Below the pieces are notes generated by a model that saw only the letters and a list, made by a program, of their open reading frames with translations, was not told the origin of the DNA and did no database searches. Position numbers and translations under genes: made by a program. From assembly GCA_949358305.1 (NCBI GenBank), contig OX442314.1:25110001-25174000 (forward strand): DNA of 64,000 nucleotides, given 5' to 3'. This document shows positions 1 to 13,600 of this stretch, one piece after another (within the stretch, counting starts at the first letter, position 1; every line of letters begins with the position of its first letter). This DNA is from Strigamia acuminata. Its lineage: Eukaryota.

Positions 1-750
1 TGACATTTTTAACAATTTTCTCAAGATTTTGAGGTTTTTAAGTGTATTTTCTTAAAAATCCTGCAAGTTTTGTACTGTCACGATTAATTCTGTTGGTATA
101 ATTAATTCTAAACAATATCGCGCAAAAACTAATTCGCGCAATAGTAATGGGCAAAGTTCGTAGATTTCCCTAAACGTTGTTTCCTTCAAATGTGGACATC
201 CAGAAACTCAGGAAACCTAATACTCGCGTTTGACTAACATAATTTATATTGGACAGTTCCTTGCTTACGACGGGTGTTTGTAGGCATAAAAGAATGAAAG
301 CACGATGATATGAACCTAGAGTGGAAAGGGGATATCATCGGGCAGTGATAATATAAAAGATGTCGGCATTGAAAATAGCGCAATAGGGTTAGATGTAGGA
401 GCGCTTGTTGAAGGCGCAAATAATAGAGGACTAAATCTAGATGTTACTAAAGGAGAATGGTGTTATCCAGTAGAGAGCATAAGAAGAAGTGATTAAACTT
501 AGGATGATTGGAAAGAAGAAAACTCAGTCATGTGACTGGTCAGATCAATTAGAGAAGGGGGTGGAAAGGTGAAAATAGGAGTTCAATTGTAGAAATAATG
601 ATATGCGCATCATCCAGATTGCGCATTCATTAACTGAAGATGAGTAAGCGAGATGAATCATCACGAGTGAGAGAAACAAGAAAATATTATAAGAAATAAG
701 ATTGGGTTATTCTAAAATAAAAATAGGCGGGTAGACGTGCCCGTGACAGT

Positions 751-968
751 ACATTTTCTTAAAAATCCTGCAAGTTTTGTACATTTTCTTAAAAATCCTG
801 CAAGTTTTGTATATTTTCTTAAAAATCCTGCAAGTTTTGTACATTTTCTTAAAAATCCTGCAAGTTTTGTACATTTTCTTAAAAATCCTGCAAGTTTTGT
901 ATATTTTCTTAAAAATCCTGCAAGTTTTGTACATTTTCTTAAAAATCCTGCAAGTTTTGTATATTTTC
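751..968. repeat. 30-bp tandem repeat (ACATTTTCTTAAAAATCCTGCAAGTTTTGT), ~7 copies; one further unit near 45-73
   Basis: Head-to-tail units differing only at one C/T; explains the repetitive ORFs at 707-1162. Confidence 0.95.
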
Positions 969-2129
969 TCAGTTGCTTTCACATTTGCATTCATATTTGA
1001 CAAATAATAGTATTGCAAACTCATTTCATTACACATTTTACAAATTGTATTATCATTTGCAATCCAATAGCATCTGTTACAAAATGCATTCTCGTGAAAC
1101 CTAATGCATTTCAAAATACATTGCAATACATTGCAATATAATTGCAATGTATTTCTCAACAATATGGGTTAAAGGCGGGTGTTAGACCATTGAATTTTCG
1201 CCAGATAATGAATGAAGAGATTTATAAATAGAAGTTTGTTACCAATTTTTTTTTAAATGCTAAAAAATTAATTTAAACTGGTACAATCTTTTTTTTAGTT
1301 TTAATTTTTTAGTTTTAATTTTTTTTTCGTAAAAATTTCTCATTAACCTTCTTAATCTATGAGCTGTCTGAAGAAAATACTTTAATTAAAATTTCTACAC
1401 ACTTTTTTTGAGATGGTGAAAAATCTCGTGTCAACTTAACTGATTTTTAGCTCTAACCTGATACTCAGAAAAAAAATGTTTTTTTTTTAACCTTTCCCAC
1501 AAAGAAATAACAACTTTTTACTTCTTTTTTTTAAAAAAAAAAAGTGACATCAACTAAGTGTTTCTATTAATGCTAATTTAGACAGAAGAGTGTTGGATTT
1601 AAAAAAATAATAATAATATGAAAATAGTAGTTATCTTATCATTAGAGTTTATTGAGCCCTTCATTTTGCTTGACCATACATCTCCAGGCATGCGAAAACT
1701 TCTCGGCTGAGCGCCCATTTATACAAGGGAAACCAATCAGGAAAGAATTAATGTGATTAACAGAAAAAGTCTTTTACAGTCAAGGCGAATTACATATAGT
1801 CCAATGAACAATGATGCAAGAAAAGTTATAAAAATGGGGTAAAACAAAAGAAAGTGTGTTATCGGTTCTTGAAAAAAGTTTTGAGTTGTTTATTTATTGT
1901 TGTAGTTTGAGTTTGTTTTAAAGACACTAAATTGTCCATTAACACATCATTTTGATATATTGCGCTGCATTGTTGTGAGTTGGGTAGCTATGTTTGTTTT
2001 ATACAGTTTATTGAACTTTGTTGTTGTCTTAGTTGAGCCTTGTTGACTTTTGGTTGAGCATTGTTGTTTTATGGTGATGAGCTTAGTTATATCTTAGATT
2101 GATCTTAATTGTAATTTACATGACATACA

Positions 2130-2325
2130 ACAATTGTAGTATTTTTTACCTGAGTATAACAATTGTAGTATTTTTACCTGAATTACAGCAATTGTTGTAT
2201 TTGTACCTGAATTACAGCAATTGTTGTATTTGTACCTGAATTACAGCAATTGTTGTATTTGTACCTGAATTACAGCAATTGTTGTATTTGTACCTGAATT
2301 ACAGCAATTATTATATTTTTAACTG
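2130..2325. repeat. 29-bp tandem repeat (AATTACAGCAATTGTTGTATTTGTACCTG), ~6-7 copies with degenerate ends
   Basis: Directly visible repeated unit. Confidence 0.9.
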
Positions 2326-5300
2326 AGATACTCGAGAATTTAGAGTTTAAATAACTTGTTCATTTCATTGAAAGAGGGCGCTGATACATTACAGAGCTTC
2401 AACTAACATTTCTAGGCCGCCATATCTGTTGCTAAGGAGAACTCAATTTTCTGTTGTGTGTTGTGATTAGCTGAGATGATCACCCGATCAGGGCCTTTGT
2501 ATCAACAAAGTAGTGAGACATTGACAATAAGAGAGTTTTATCTTCTCTCAATAGATGCGATCTAGATCATCTGATCCAATCCTACTTGATTACTCACCAA
2601 CTGTCGCTTTATTTAACCCTTCAGAATAGTGGTTAATAAAACCTCTGATCTTCTCAAAAAAGATTCCGAGCTGCAACATAGAACTACGTGGGGAGGGAAT
2701 TGTATATTGTGTTTTTAGTGCCATCTCTTGATGGGAATTCTTTCTATTGTGGTACTGTTTATTCCTGGAAGTGTTTTCTATTGTGGTATTGTTTATTCTG
2801 GTTATTACTTCCGTCACATGAATAGTGTTGGTGGTGTTGTCCTCTTAGACTTAGTTCTGTGACCAACTAGCCACTGCCAGTCGGCACTGGCAACATTAAG
2901 TAGAGGATCCTCAGCAGCTCCTACGACATATCATTGGAGCTGCGTCCTGATTGAATCAAGGTCTTTTTGTGGTTTGACCGCCATCTTAGAGACAGTTCAA
3001 TCGCCAGTCCCATGGTGACTGGTTGTGAGAGCACTAGAGACTGGCATCACAACATGAGGCGAGATCGCTCGCAAGTCCGAAATGCTGTATCAATGTATCA
3101 GGCAATGCTAACCAACCATGCTGCCCATGGGGTCCTCGACCACATGGTCAGCGGTTGGATTGGGTTGCTGGGTTGCTGCAATGGTGTCCAAACGCCCCAT
3201 GGTCCTCCCCTAGCCATGAGGCGACCGACCGCCACTCACAATTGTGTGCCCGTCCAGGATATTTTGAACCTAATGACAGAAATTTTCATTTCTTCATATA
3301 AAAAAAAAATACAATTACCTTGGATGAGGTTAGAAACGTTGTTTTAACTCTTTCTCTCTAAAATCACTCTTCCTGCCTGGAGTTGTCAACTAGAAACTTT
3401 CCCAGGTCCACTCCAGGGAACCAGTCACACCTATCTTTTGTATGGATCTCTGGGACTCAAATGATCCAGTTTACCTCCTGGCCAACCGGCCAGCACCAAC
3501 TTTTTCATCGTGGAACAAAAACCTTGTACCATAGTGCCATCATGGTGACTTGCTTTAAAAATGCCTGTTCTATATCTACCACAGTTCACCATGCTGATTA
3601 TTGACAAACCTGCGAGTTTGGAGCGCTTTCTGGCCCTTGTCCAGTGCCATCTTTAAACAAACCATCGCGAATCTGCACTGCTCCTCAACCAGCACTTAAT
3701 TTCAACATTGCAAATGACATTATTACAGCCTGAAAATGCTGTATTTTTCTTCTTGAAATACAGCAATTGATGTATTTTAGTATACTGTATATTAATGATA
3801 TGAATTTTGATATATTATGTGGCACTCAGCTGTCTTGAGTAACTGCAAGTTAGTTTTAAAAAAAAATCAGGCGTTTAAATCAATTCCACACGATATAAAA
3901 GTATGACGTGAATGTGATAACTGCTAGTGATAATTTTTGTGTACTTGCACAATTTTTATTCTCAACGCATTCCTTGCAGACATTATCTTGCCAAAGTCAG
4001 TCTCTCCAGCACACACACACACACGCAACCCCTTTCGCCACGTCAACAGATAACACATGGATATTCTTTCTATGACATTTTCTTGACACACAATTTATCA
4101 GGAATTGTCAGAAAAATGTCTTGGAACCAAAAAATAATAATCATAATATAACTGAAGTAAAAAAAATGAAAAAAGAGAAAAACAATTTGTTTGACACTTG
4201 AGCAAACAATTATCATTAGACATAATAATTATTATAGCTAACAGGCAAATGAAAATTTATGTTTCTATCTTGATTGTTACAATGTGCTTGCCTCGAGGAA
4301 ATTTAAACCTTTTGATGTACTTACTGAGATAAGGTTCATGTGAATATAGTTTCCGGGAGTAAAATGGAGAATAAAGTTTAGCTTTAATGATTTCATGGTA
4401 CGCAATAAATGCGAAATGTCTGTAAAGCGAAATTGCAAATTGGCACGTGGCTGGTTTATGATGGGCTGATTTTTTAAAGGCATAGATTATTTAGTAACAA
4501 AACCATCACAGCAAGATTGAAAGGTGATGCACACTCCCCATAATATAATCATCATAACACTTAAGAACGGTATAACTACATTATTGTATACTAATTTTTT
4601 TTCTAACTCTTAATTTAGTTCAAGGCGATAATAAATACTTTATAATTATAACTGTCATTTTTGCAATACAGAAATTTAGACCTTATTTATATGGACAGAA
4701 ATTTTATGCGATAACGGACCGTGCGGCATTACAACGGCTAAAATATGTGCGAAATCCAAATGGATGTCTTGCCAATTCCTCGCTAAATCAGTGGCAGAAC
4801 TAGTGCCCACCTGTAGTATAGTATGTCTATTCTAAAAAAAAAAAAACATACCATAGTTTAAATTCAAGGGGGGGAGCAAATATATTTTTCCAGCAGAGCC
4901 GAAAATTTGAAGTTTTGCCACTGCACGAAAGCGATGTGATAGCAATAGCGATAAGACGCAAACACCATTTCCATTTCAGCAACAAGCAAAAATTTGCTCG
5001 TTGCAAGCGAGCAGCGTCATTTTTGCGAGATATTCGCCGTTATGGAAATTAGCTTATTGAGTTATGTGACAGCAGGGTTTCTATAGCACTCCGTAAATCC
5101 TCTCATTGTGCGCGGGTCCCCATTAGATGATGGGTCTCTAACAAAACGCGGGGAAATTTAAATGTTGTAATCTAAAATGTAGTTTGTCTATTTCGTTATT
5201 CGTTGACTCATTAAATGTTATTTTCTTTGATGCTATCCCCTTTAAAGATGGTAAAGACTCAAGACGAAAAGCAAAAAAAAATTGCATCTACGCTATCTCA

Positions 5301-7450
5301 CATTGTATTCACTTCATATTGCACGACAGTCATTCCCTCATCACATTATATTGAACCGAAATATCTCGACTCCAGTCACATGCGTTTTCTGGAACACAGC
5401 CAGACTCTGTTGTTACGGCAACAGGAGAATATAGGAGAAAGGAGGGGAAAGAGGATTTGATAGATAAATTGGCTCAGGAAAAGACCCCTGACTACAGCTG
5501 TCAATTTTATTCACTCTTTACAGGTCAGTTTTGAACTCGTTTAAGAACAATATAGTGTGTAAATGTTGCGCAACGAACAAATCTAAAACAGCGAGATTTT
5601 GTTTTATTTTTAACTTTGGGGCTTTGCTTTGACAACCACAAAGTGAAAGGAAACTGTTAATTGCTTCTGAGTGAGTGACGAATGGCGATGTAAAATTTAG
5701 GCCTATTCATTAACACGTAATAAAACAGCTGTTTTTAAAGGGATTTTTTTTTTTTCTAGGTTTTAAAATTGGGGTCTTGAGTTTTTTTTTTATTTTGTTG
5801 AAAAATCGTGATCATTAACCAACACTTCTGCTAAAACCTTTCTAAATCCAAAATGGCATCCATCTTGTCAGAAAAACCAATAAGTATGATAATGAATAGT
5901 CAACCAATCCATAGGGATGGATCCTCTAGTGACAAGAACAAATCTCGATTCTAGAATGAATCAAAAACAATCTTGGTCGCCTGGTAACAAACAATTTCAA
6001 CCAAAAAAAAAATATTTATATTTTTAACAAAAAAAAAAAAAATAACAATAACAATAAAAATAAAAATAAATCCCAAAAGGACTTAGAAGTTTGTTATCAA
6101 GTAGGTTTAATTTCATGCCCCGTTTAGTTGCATGTACATTTAAAAGCCATTCATTTAAGATTTCTATCTTTTTTCCCTATCTTTTATCAGCTAGTTGCAA
6201 GCCAAGCCACTTGTAGTAGAATCAAAGGATTTCCAAGTTTGCTACATAGGTCGGCCAAGCCAAAATAATAAAAAAAAAATTCTAGGTAAATCATTAAATG
6301 ATTTCTTGATAAAACCTTAGGAGATAAAAAGAAAATGTTTTTTTTTTATCCAAAAACAGCATCATTAGTTTGCTAGGTACAAACGTCTTTATTTTTTAGC
6401 CAAATTTTGATGATGATCCGCTTACATTTTGTACGGAGTTTTCGAATCGTGCTGCGGCGGAAAGCCAACCTCCAACCGCATGAAAAGCAACCATGGCTGC
6501 TTGTAGTTATTGAAAAAAAATGTATATTTAACAATCTTCATTTTTCTAAAATTTTAGACTTGTTTCTATTGCTATTGCGATTAGTTTAGATAATTGACTC
6601 TACTCTACTATAATGGCTAACCTTACACATAAAAACTTCACAATTTTCTAAGTTGCGACGGTTTTAAAAAAGGAATTGAAATAAATTAAAGATTAAGTAT
6701 AAAATAAAAAAAAATAAAAATCGTCGGCTTTTGAGTGTGTCGAAAAATTTATAGAATGCCAAGTGAAGAAGAGTCGCAACACTCTGAGTCTGTCGTTTTG
6801 GCTCGAAATCTTTCCAATAGCAAACCCATAACTTATGCATCAGCACATCAACGAAGTGTAGTTATACGTTGCCTTTTTGAAGCATATCACGCTCCAAAGT
6901 AGGCCTCATTTAAACCTAACAGCACTCCTCAGTCCATCAGTCAAAGGCTAAGGAAGTGCATTAAATCGAGTAGCAATCCGAGTCTCGACTTGAAAATAAC
7001 TTTTAAGAGCGTTCTTATGTTCAAAATTGTCATGATGAGAATTGTCAGATAAACCCAAACTTAAAACTTAACCCGTGCCTGCCTCGCACGAGAAGAAACA
7101 CTTTAATTTTCCAGTAGTTTCCAAGTTCAAAGTGTTTTATTTTCCTCCTACAATGCGCGTACAATGTCCACAACTTCCATTTTCCTTTTAGTTTAGACAA
7201 AAACATCGCAAATAATTCAAAACCGCCACACTCAACGCCATCCTCTTAATAGTTAAAACGATAAAATTTGGATCACAAAATTTTAAAAATAGAATTGTAT
7301 TTTTAAAATTATATATATATATTTTTTTTAAAATTATAATAAATATTAATTCAGTGTTTAAATGAGTGGAAATTCGACGTTTCCGAGCGGAGTCGCACTT
7401 CGATCGCATTTTCACCGCTAGATTCCGCTAGTGCCTACCTGCTGTTTCTA

Positions 7451-7457
7451 TATAAAA
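7451..7457 (+). promoter_or_regulatory. Candidate TATA box of the TMTC1-like gene
   Basis: TATAAAA ~165 bp upstream of ATG 7619 in a locally CpG-richer stretch. Confidence 0.4.
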
Positions 7458-7618
7458 CCTCTTGCATCCCTCTTGCTCTATTCTTCAAACCTAGTCGCGA
7501 GGAACCGTCGTTCCAAGACGCACGATTGAGCTGAAACGGTTCTGTCACGTGGCCAAACACTGCATTCAACGAGAAAGCGAAAAAAAAAATTTAAACCGCT
7601 AATTTAATTTCGTTTGAA

Positions 7619-10600
7619 ATGGCATTTTTAACTTGTTTGAGTTACATGGTGACAACTTTAGTCTCCGTTCTATGTTACATCAATTCGCTGGATGGAGACT
7701 TTGTTCACGATGACATTGCGGCGATCAAAAACAATCCTGATGTGATGCCGGACACCAACATCGGGGATCTCTTCTGGAATGATTTTTGGGGGAGATCGAT
7801 GTCCGATCCGAATAGCCATAAATCATACAGACCAATTACTGTGTTGACCTTCAGGTAAGAAATAAAATTCGTTTTTTATTTCTAGTTTTTTTTTTTTTTT
7901 TTGTAGAAAAATTGTATTTTTTTATTATTATTTTTTTATTTTATTTTTTTTTTCGAAAAAAATTAATAATTTGGGTGGAAAAAGGATTTTGTTTGTTTTA
8001 TAAAATGGTTTCTCAATCATTTGTTTCTCTGTAAGTGATTGGTTTTTAATAATAAATAAAGCTGTCCATATACACTTAGTGGACAATGATGGATGACTAA
8101 TGTTTGTAGTGCCACCTAGAAACCAATTCATCATGAGTTTGTGGTATGGCCAAACTGATTTGTTTTCATGTGATCAAGTTTTATAAACAAAAGGAGACAC
8201 AAATTGTTTCGAAAATATATTGGAACAGCCACTTTATACGAGGGTGTACTTTTTTTTTGGTAATTTGATTTGTCGATTAGTCACTGCGAAACGTCAAAAA
8301 ATGCAAAATCAGGACAATTTTTAATGCTGTTGTAGTGTGTGTTTACTTTTTTGCCCCCTGGAGCTTCGCTGCATTACCCGCAGAAATGACAACTTAATTG
8401 AAATCGCATTTTTTTTTCTACATTGTGGTCACATACAAGGAATTATAGAAAAAATGTATGAGTTTTGTTTATCTACGTTTCTATAAAATAACATTTTTTT
8501 TTCTGAAATTTCAGTAAAAAAAATAATAATAATAAAACTCGCAAAATCTTTTGAAAATTTCAATAAAATTTTTTTTTTTTTTTTTTTTTTTACAAAATTT
8601 TTATCAAACTCTTTGAAATGCTGACCCATCTTTTCAAACTGTTTTATTGAGTTTTGTAACTGACAACACTGAAATGATAATTTCAAAAATGATTCTCCCC
8701 GTTATTCCTACGGGAAGTAATATATATATTTTTTTTAAGCAATACAACTCAAATTCTATAAATCCTCAAGAATAAATATCAAGCAATGTCCACATTTCCT
8801 GTTCTAAAACTCCAATCTCGACTTTTATTGAGATTCATCTTTCATCTTTCATTTCCCCATTGGTTTAGCATGGCCATATTAACTGTACACCCACAATCAG
8901 CAACTCCAAACCCTTGAAACCATCTAAATATAGGCTTTACTTTTTTTGAGTGAAGGAAAAGGAGGAGGATTCAAAAAGATGAGATCTTAACATACAATTT
9001 TCCTTCTTGAAACCCACTTATTTTTACCAGGAAAAGAAAAACACATTTCTCACCTAAATATAGTCACACACTTATTCCAAAAATTTAATCTTTAAGGAAA
9101 ATTATAATAAACATAATTTGAAAACTTTTCAATTAACTGGAAAGAAAGACCAAGTTTTATGTATCAGGAAATAAAGAAAGCGAGAAAAAAGAGCCAAATT
9201 ACTTTCCTCTTCAAATAAAAGACTCCACAATAGCCATAATTACTGCAAACCACAATCCTGATGCATTGCTTACAAAATTCATTTATCCAGTCTTGCACTG
9301 CAATCTCTGTAGGTTATTAGGTGGGTGCTATGACTGAAAATAATGTAATAAACACAGCATAGGCTACATGGGAAGAAGAAAAAAATCTAGATTACACTCA
9401 AGCCTATTAAGGCGGGGCTTTGTTAATTGTTAGTACCGCTGTTTCCCACTAGAGGGCTACTGATAATGGATAGGCGAGGATGTGTGAGTGGAAATATAAG
9501 TTGTGAGAATTTTGGTGATGGTATCCTCGTTCCTGAAGAAGACAAAATTATTTTTAATAGTGTACAGTGAAAGGGGTTTGTCGCCTTCATTCAACCCTGT
9601 GTCACATGCCACAGATTGAAAATGATAAAATAAATTGAGCAATTTTTACTCAACTTAGCGCATGATGGTGTGTATTCAAATTCTTGTTTTAAAGCGTGTG
9701 TTAATTGCTGCAATATGGCATGCAATAATGCCAATAATTACAAGTGATAATAGAAACAATAATGAGGGTATTAAGAGTTGCAAGTGCTAAACATTCGGTG
9801 GATTCACAACTGATTTGCATTCCGCATTTTCAACATTGGGTGAAAAAAACAAAAGAGCGATTCAAAAATGAAATTAACAAATGCGAACTCCCGAAATAAT
9901 AATGTTCTTTATTATTATTATTATTATTGTTATTATTATTATTTTGTCTTTGCTATATGATAAGCTGAAGTCAGTGTGAATCATACGAATAGCGTGACTA
10001 AGCTGTTAAGTGGTGATCGTGGTGTCGACTTGTAAAGTATCGCATTGATGCATTTTGATTTGTTCGTTTGCTATTAAGCGCGTTCAAAATTTTTGTCTTT
10101 ACCGTTTCTATAAATGGAATGGTCATTAAAAACAGTCAAAAACTATCGCCAAAAACCGCAAAAACAAAAACGAAGCTGGAGTTGTTTTAGAAATGGTTTA
10201 TGCCGGGTTTTAGTTTTAACAACCAAATTCAAAATGGCCACCTCGAAAATTACATCGAGGGGTCAGACTTGTAAGTGTCGTAAATACTTTCATGCGAAGC
10301 ATCCATCTCCAAAAATGTGAGTAAATGCTAAATTGTGTTCAAATAACCGGGTCACAGCCACAATTTATCGGTTGAACTGGAAAAAAGGAGTTTTTATACA
10401 CCATGTACTTGCACGATCGAGATGCAGAAACGATGTAACAAACAGGCCTAAAAATATTCACGGTTAGGCACGTTTTTGCACACCGGCTGTTTATGTAAAC
10501 GATATAAACAGAAACTTTGAACGCACCTAAGTAGAAACAACATGTTGTTATCTATCGTGCTTCTTTCTCCAAATTCGTGAACATTACAATGGCCACCTGG

Positions 10601-13600
10601 TGGCTGAGTGTCACGGATAAATAAAAGATGTCCTTCTCGTAGGCTTAAAACTGTTCTACTGGAAAATTAGAAAGAAACGGGAAATTTTATGGAAAAACCG
10701 TTCAACTTTACGTTTTCCCACAAGTGTTGAAATAGAAATAGAAAAATTCACGTTTATTGCATGGTTTGGTTGGTTTAGAAGGTGAACTAAACACTCAACT
10801 AACCGCATGTCCCGTTTAAGGTTGTCCGCACGAAGAAATCGATTAAGAAACAGTGGGGTGTGTTTTTAAATCAGCGGTTTCTATTCAGGTCGAGTCATTT
10901 GAGCAGTTTAATTATATTTAATTAAATCATGTAATTACCGCACTTAAGGCAATTACAATGCCTTGCTTGAAACTTCACCGCTCTTCACCACCACACCGAT
11001 ATTCCAAGGTATACAAAACCACTCGTGTTTATAAGGTGGATCAATCTACTTTCATACCTTTTATCAAGCAATTTGCTCCATTATAACCAAAACCTATAAC
11101 AGCTGCAGTCAAAGTTGTTCAAATGGTTTGTGGTGTTTCTAAGAGCCAAAAAACATGCGAGATCAGCTAAAAGCGAAACTTTGAATGCACGTCACAATGG
11201 AAAATCGAAATGCCAATACTAGATTTCTGTACAACAACAACTAAAACGTAAAGATATTAGATATAAAAAAAAAGAAAAAAAATATATAAAAAAAATAAAT
11301 AAAAGCAACTTTGACAATCTGTCTAACGTTCAATATCGGAACAACTCAACTCGGCGAGAGTAAACGCCATTTAATCCAGCATTTTGCGTTTACTCTTGTG
11401 ACAAGCTACATTTTGTTGCTCATAGAACTTTTTTTTCGACTTGAACGACAACCGTTGACAGCTGAGAGAATATACGATAATTTGATATCATTTGATTTCT
11501 CTCCCTGTCAGCGAATTGCGACTCCAACTTCAACCTCACAGACAGGGGGGGATAGTGATAGCAAAAGATTCTACTTCCCCACCTGCACTAACACTATTTT
11601 ATCATCGCACAAGTCTTTCAAACAATCTATTTGACGTCCAACATACTTCATACCACATAGAAATTCGATTTTTTTTATTTTTACGTGTCAGAATGTGTGA
11701 TTATACATGATTTATCCATAATGGATATTTGATCTCGTGTCGTCGGCCCGGAACTCGTGGGATTACTGGTTAATCTAGTTAACTGTTTATTTTATTTGCG
11801 CGCTTTTTATCTTTGCAGGTTTAATGTGGCGATTGACGGCTTGCAGCCTTATGGGTTTCATGTTGTCAATGTTATTCTACATGCGTTGGTCACGTTTTTG
11901 TTACTCAATTTGACGCAAACTTTGTTCGGATGGCGCTGGTTGGAGATGATGCTTGTGGGTCTGCTCTTTGCAGTTCATCCCATTCATTCCGAAGCGGTAA
12001 GTTAAAAATTTATACTAAGTTTAAGTTGCGTCTAACAATTTTGTGCGTTCTCGAACAATTTTTTTTTTTATTAAACACTTTTTGTTGCGAGTCGAGCAAA
12101 ACTTTAAAATGCGTAATACCGTACTGCCTCGATTTAACGCCGGGGCGTTTATTCATTTTTTCTAGTTGACCCCCCCGGCGTTCATTCAAAGCCCGGCGAT
12201 TATTCGCGCCGGGCGTCTACCCGAAAAAAAAAAATTGGAAAGCCACTCATTGCTAGCTATTCTTCGATGTTTCGACCAAAAGACCTCTCAAAACGTTTAA
12301 AAAACGTTTCAACCCGGCGTTTAAACAAACCCGGCGTTCATTTAAGGCCGGCGTTTATTGCCATTTCGTCCTCAGTTTGCCCGGCGCTTAATCAGGAGCC
12401 GGCGTTTAGATACGACCGGCGTTAAATCGAGGCAGTACGGTAATTTAATGATGCAATATCTTGTTATGGTAATTGGCTCGTGTTTTTTTGTTTGTTAATA
12501 TTTTATGAAATTTAAGTGAGTTTCATGAATGTACAAGATTTTAATTCGTTTAGCAAATACAGAAGGAGATTAATAACCTTTGGGGCCCCAGACATCTTGA
12601 GGGCCCCACTGGGGGCTCAAAGCGTGAAATTGGATCATTCCGTGTGATATAAAAGTACTTTGTTCAGTGAAAAAATTTATTATTGACAAAATAATAGAAA
12701 ATTGGGCCCCCTAAATCTTGGAGCCCTCTGGTAGTAATCGGGGGTGCAGTGCCTACGCTTGACAGCGGCACGCGAGCCAAGGGGGGCCCACGATAAGGTG
12801 TTTGCCTACAATTCCTGTTTTTCATAGTTTATGTTGTCCATTAAGTTTATAAAAAATCACCGCTGTTCGGATAACCGGTCGTCCGCTTAACCGATGTTTG
12901 GATAATCGGGGTTTTACTGTACCGAAAATAGTGTTGATAGTGTGTAAAACACACTATCAACAATGTGTAGGAACGGGCCTACAAGTTCAGCTTATATTTG
13001 AACACTCATAAAGACTCTTTGTAGGAGGCGCCTGGCACCCTTCTCTGCCTGGCGTTCCTCTTTGCCCGGCACCCCGCTTTGCCCGGCACCCCTTTGTTGC
13101 AGCCCAGTTAGCCCAATGGTAAAGGTGGGCCTGGGTACTGGCTTTCTTCGGTAAATTGCAGACTGACATGAGATGCTTGTGCTGAAAAAACTACCGGTAA
13201 TCAGTTTAATTTTGACGTAAAATTGTAGGAATCGTGAAATAGTAGAATTCTTTTTGTAAAGCTGGAGAAAGATTTAAAAGAATATTAGTCTCAAGTGCTG
13301 TAAATGCTGCTTTGATTGAAGCAAGGCTGTTTCCAGAGTCAGCAAAAGTTTTGCTGTAATTATGACACGATTATGCACTCATTAACCTTTTTCACAAAAG
13401 TTTTATGAACAAAAGAAATTCAACCTGAGACAAGAATAAATGAAAATGCAAATTACGCTAGGAAAGTTAAGTTTTGGTAATTATAACTCATTACACAACT
13501 TATGAGTGAAAGCTTAATTTTCTGAAATTACACTTTGTGTAATTCATGTCAAGTCAATATACATACTGAAGGAAGAAAACACCTTTATTTCTGCGCAGGA

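Noticed and set aside
707..1162. Repetitive ORFs, or a CRISPR-like array of 30-bp repeats
   Set aside because: Units are head-to-tail with no unique spacers and no cas genes; the ORFs follow from a stop-free 30-bp unit
2820..3700. GC-richer stretch with short ORFs, possibly a decayed transposon
   Set aside because: No domain motif or terminal structure that I could recognise
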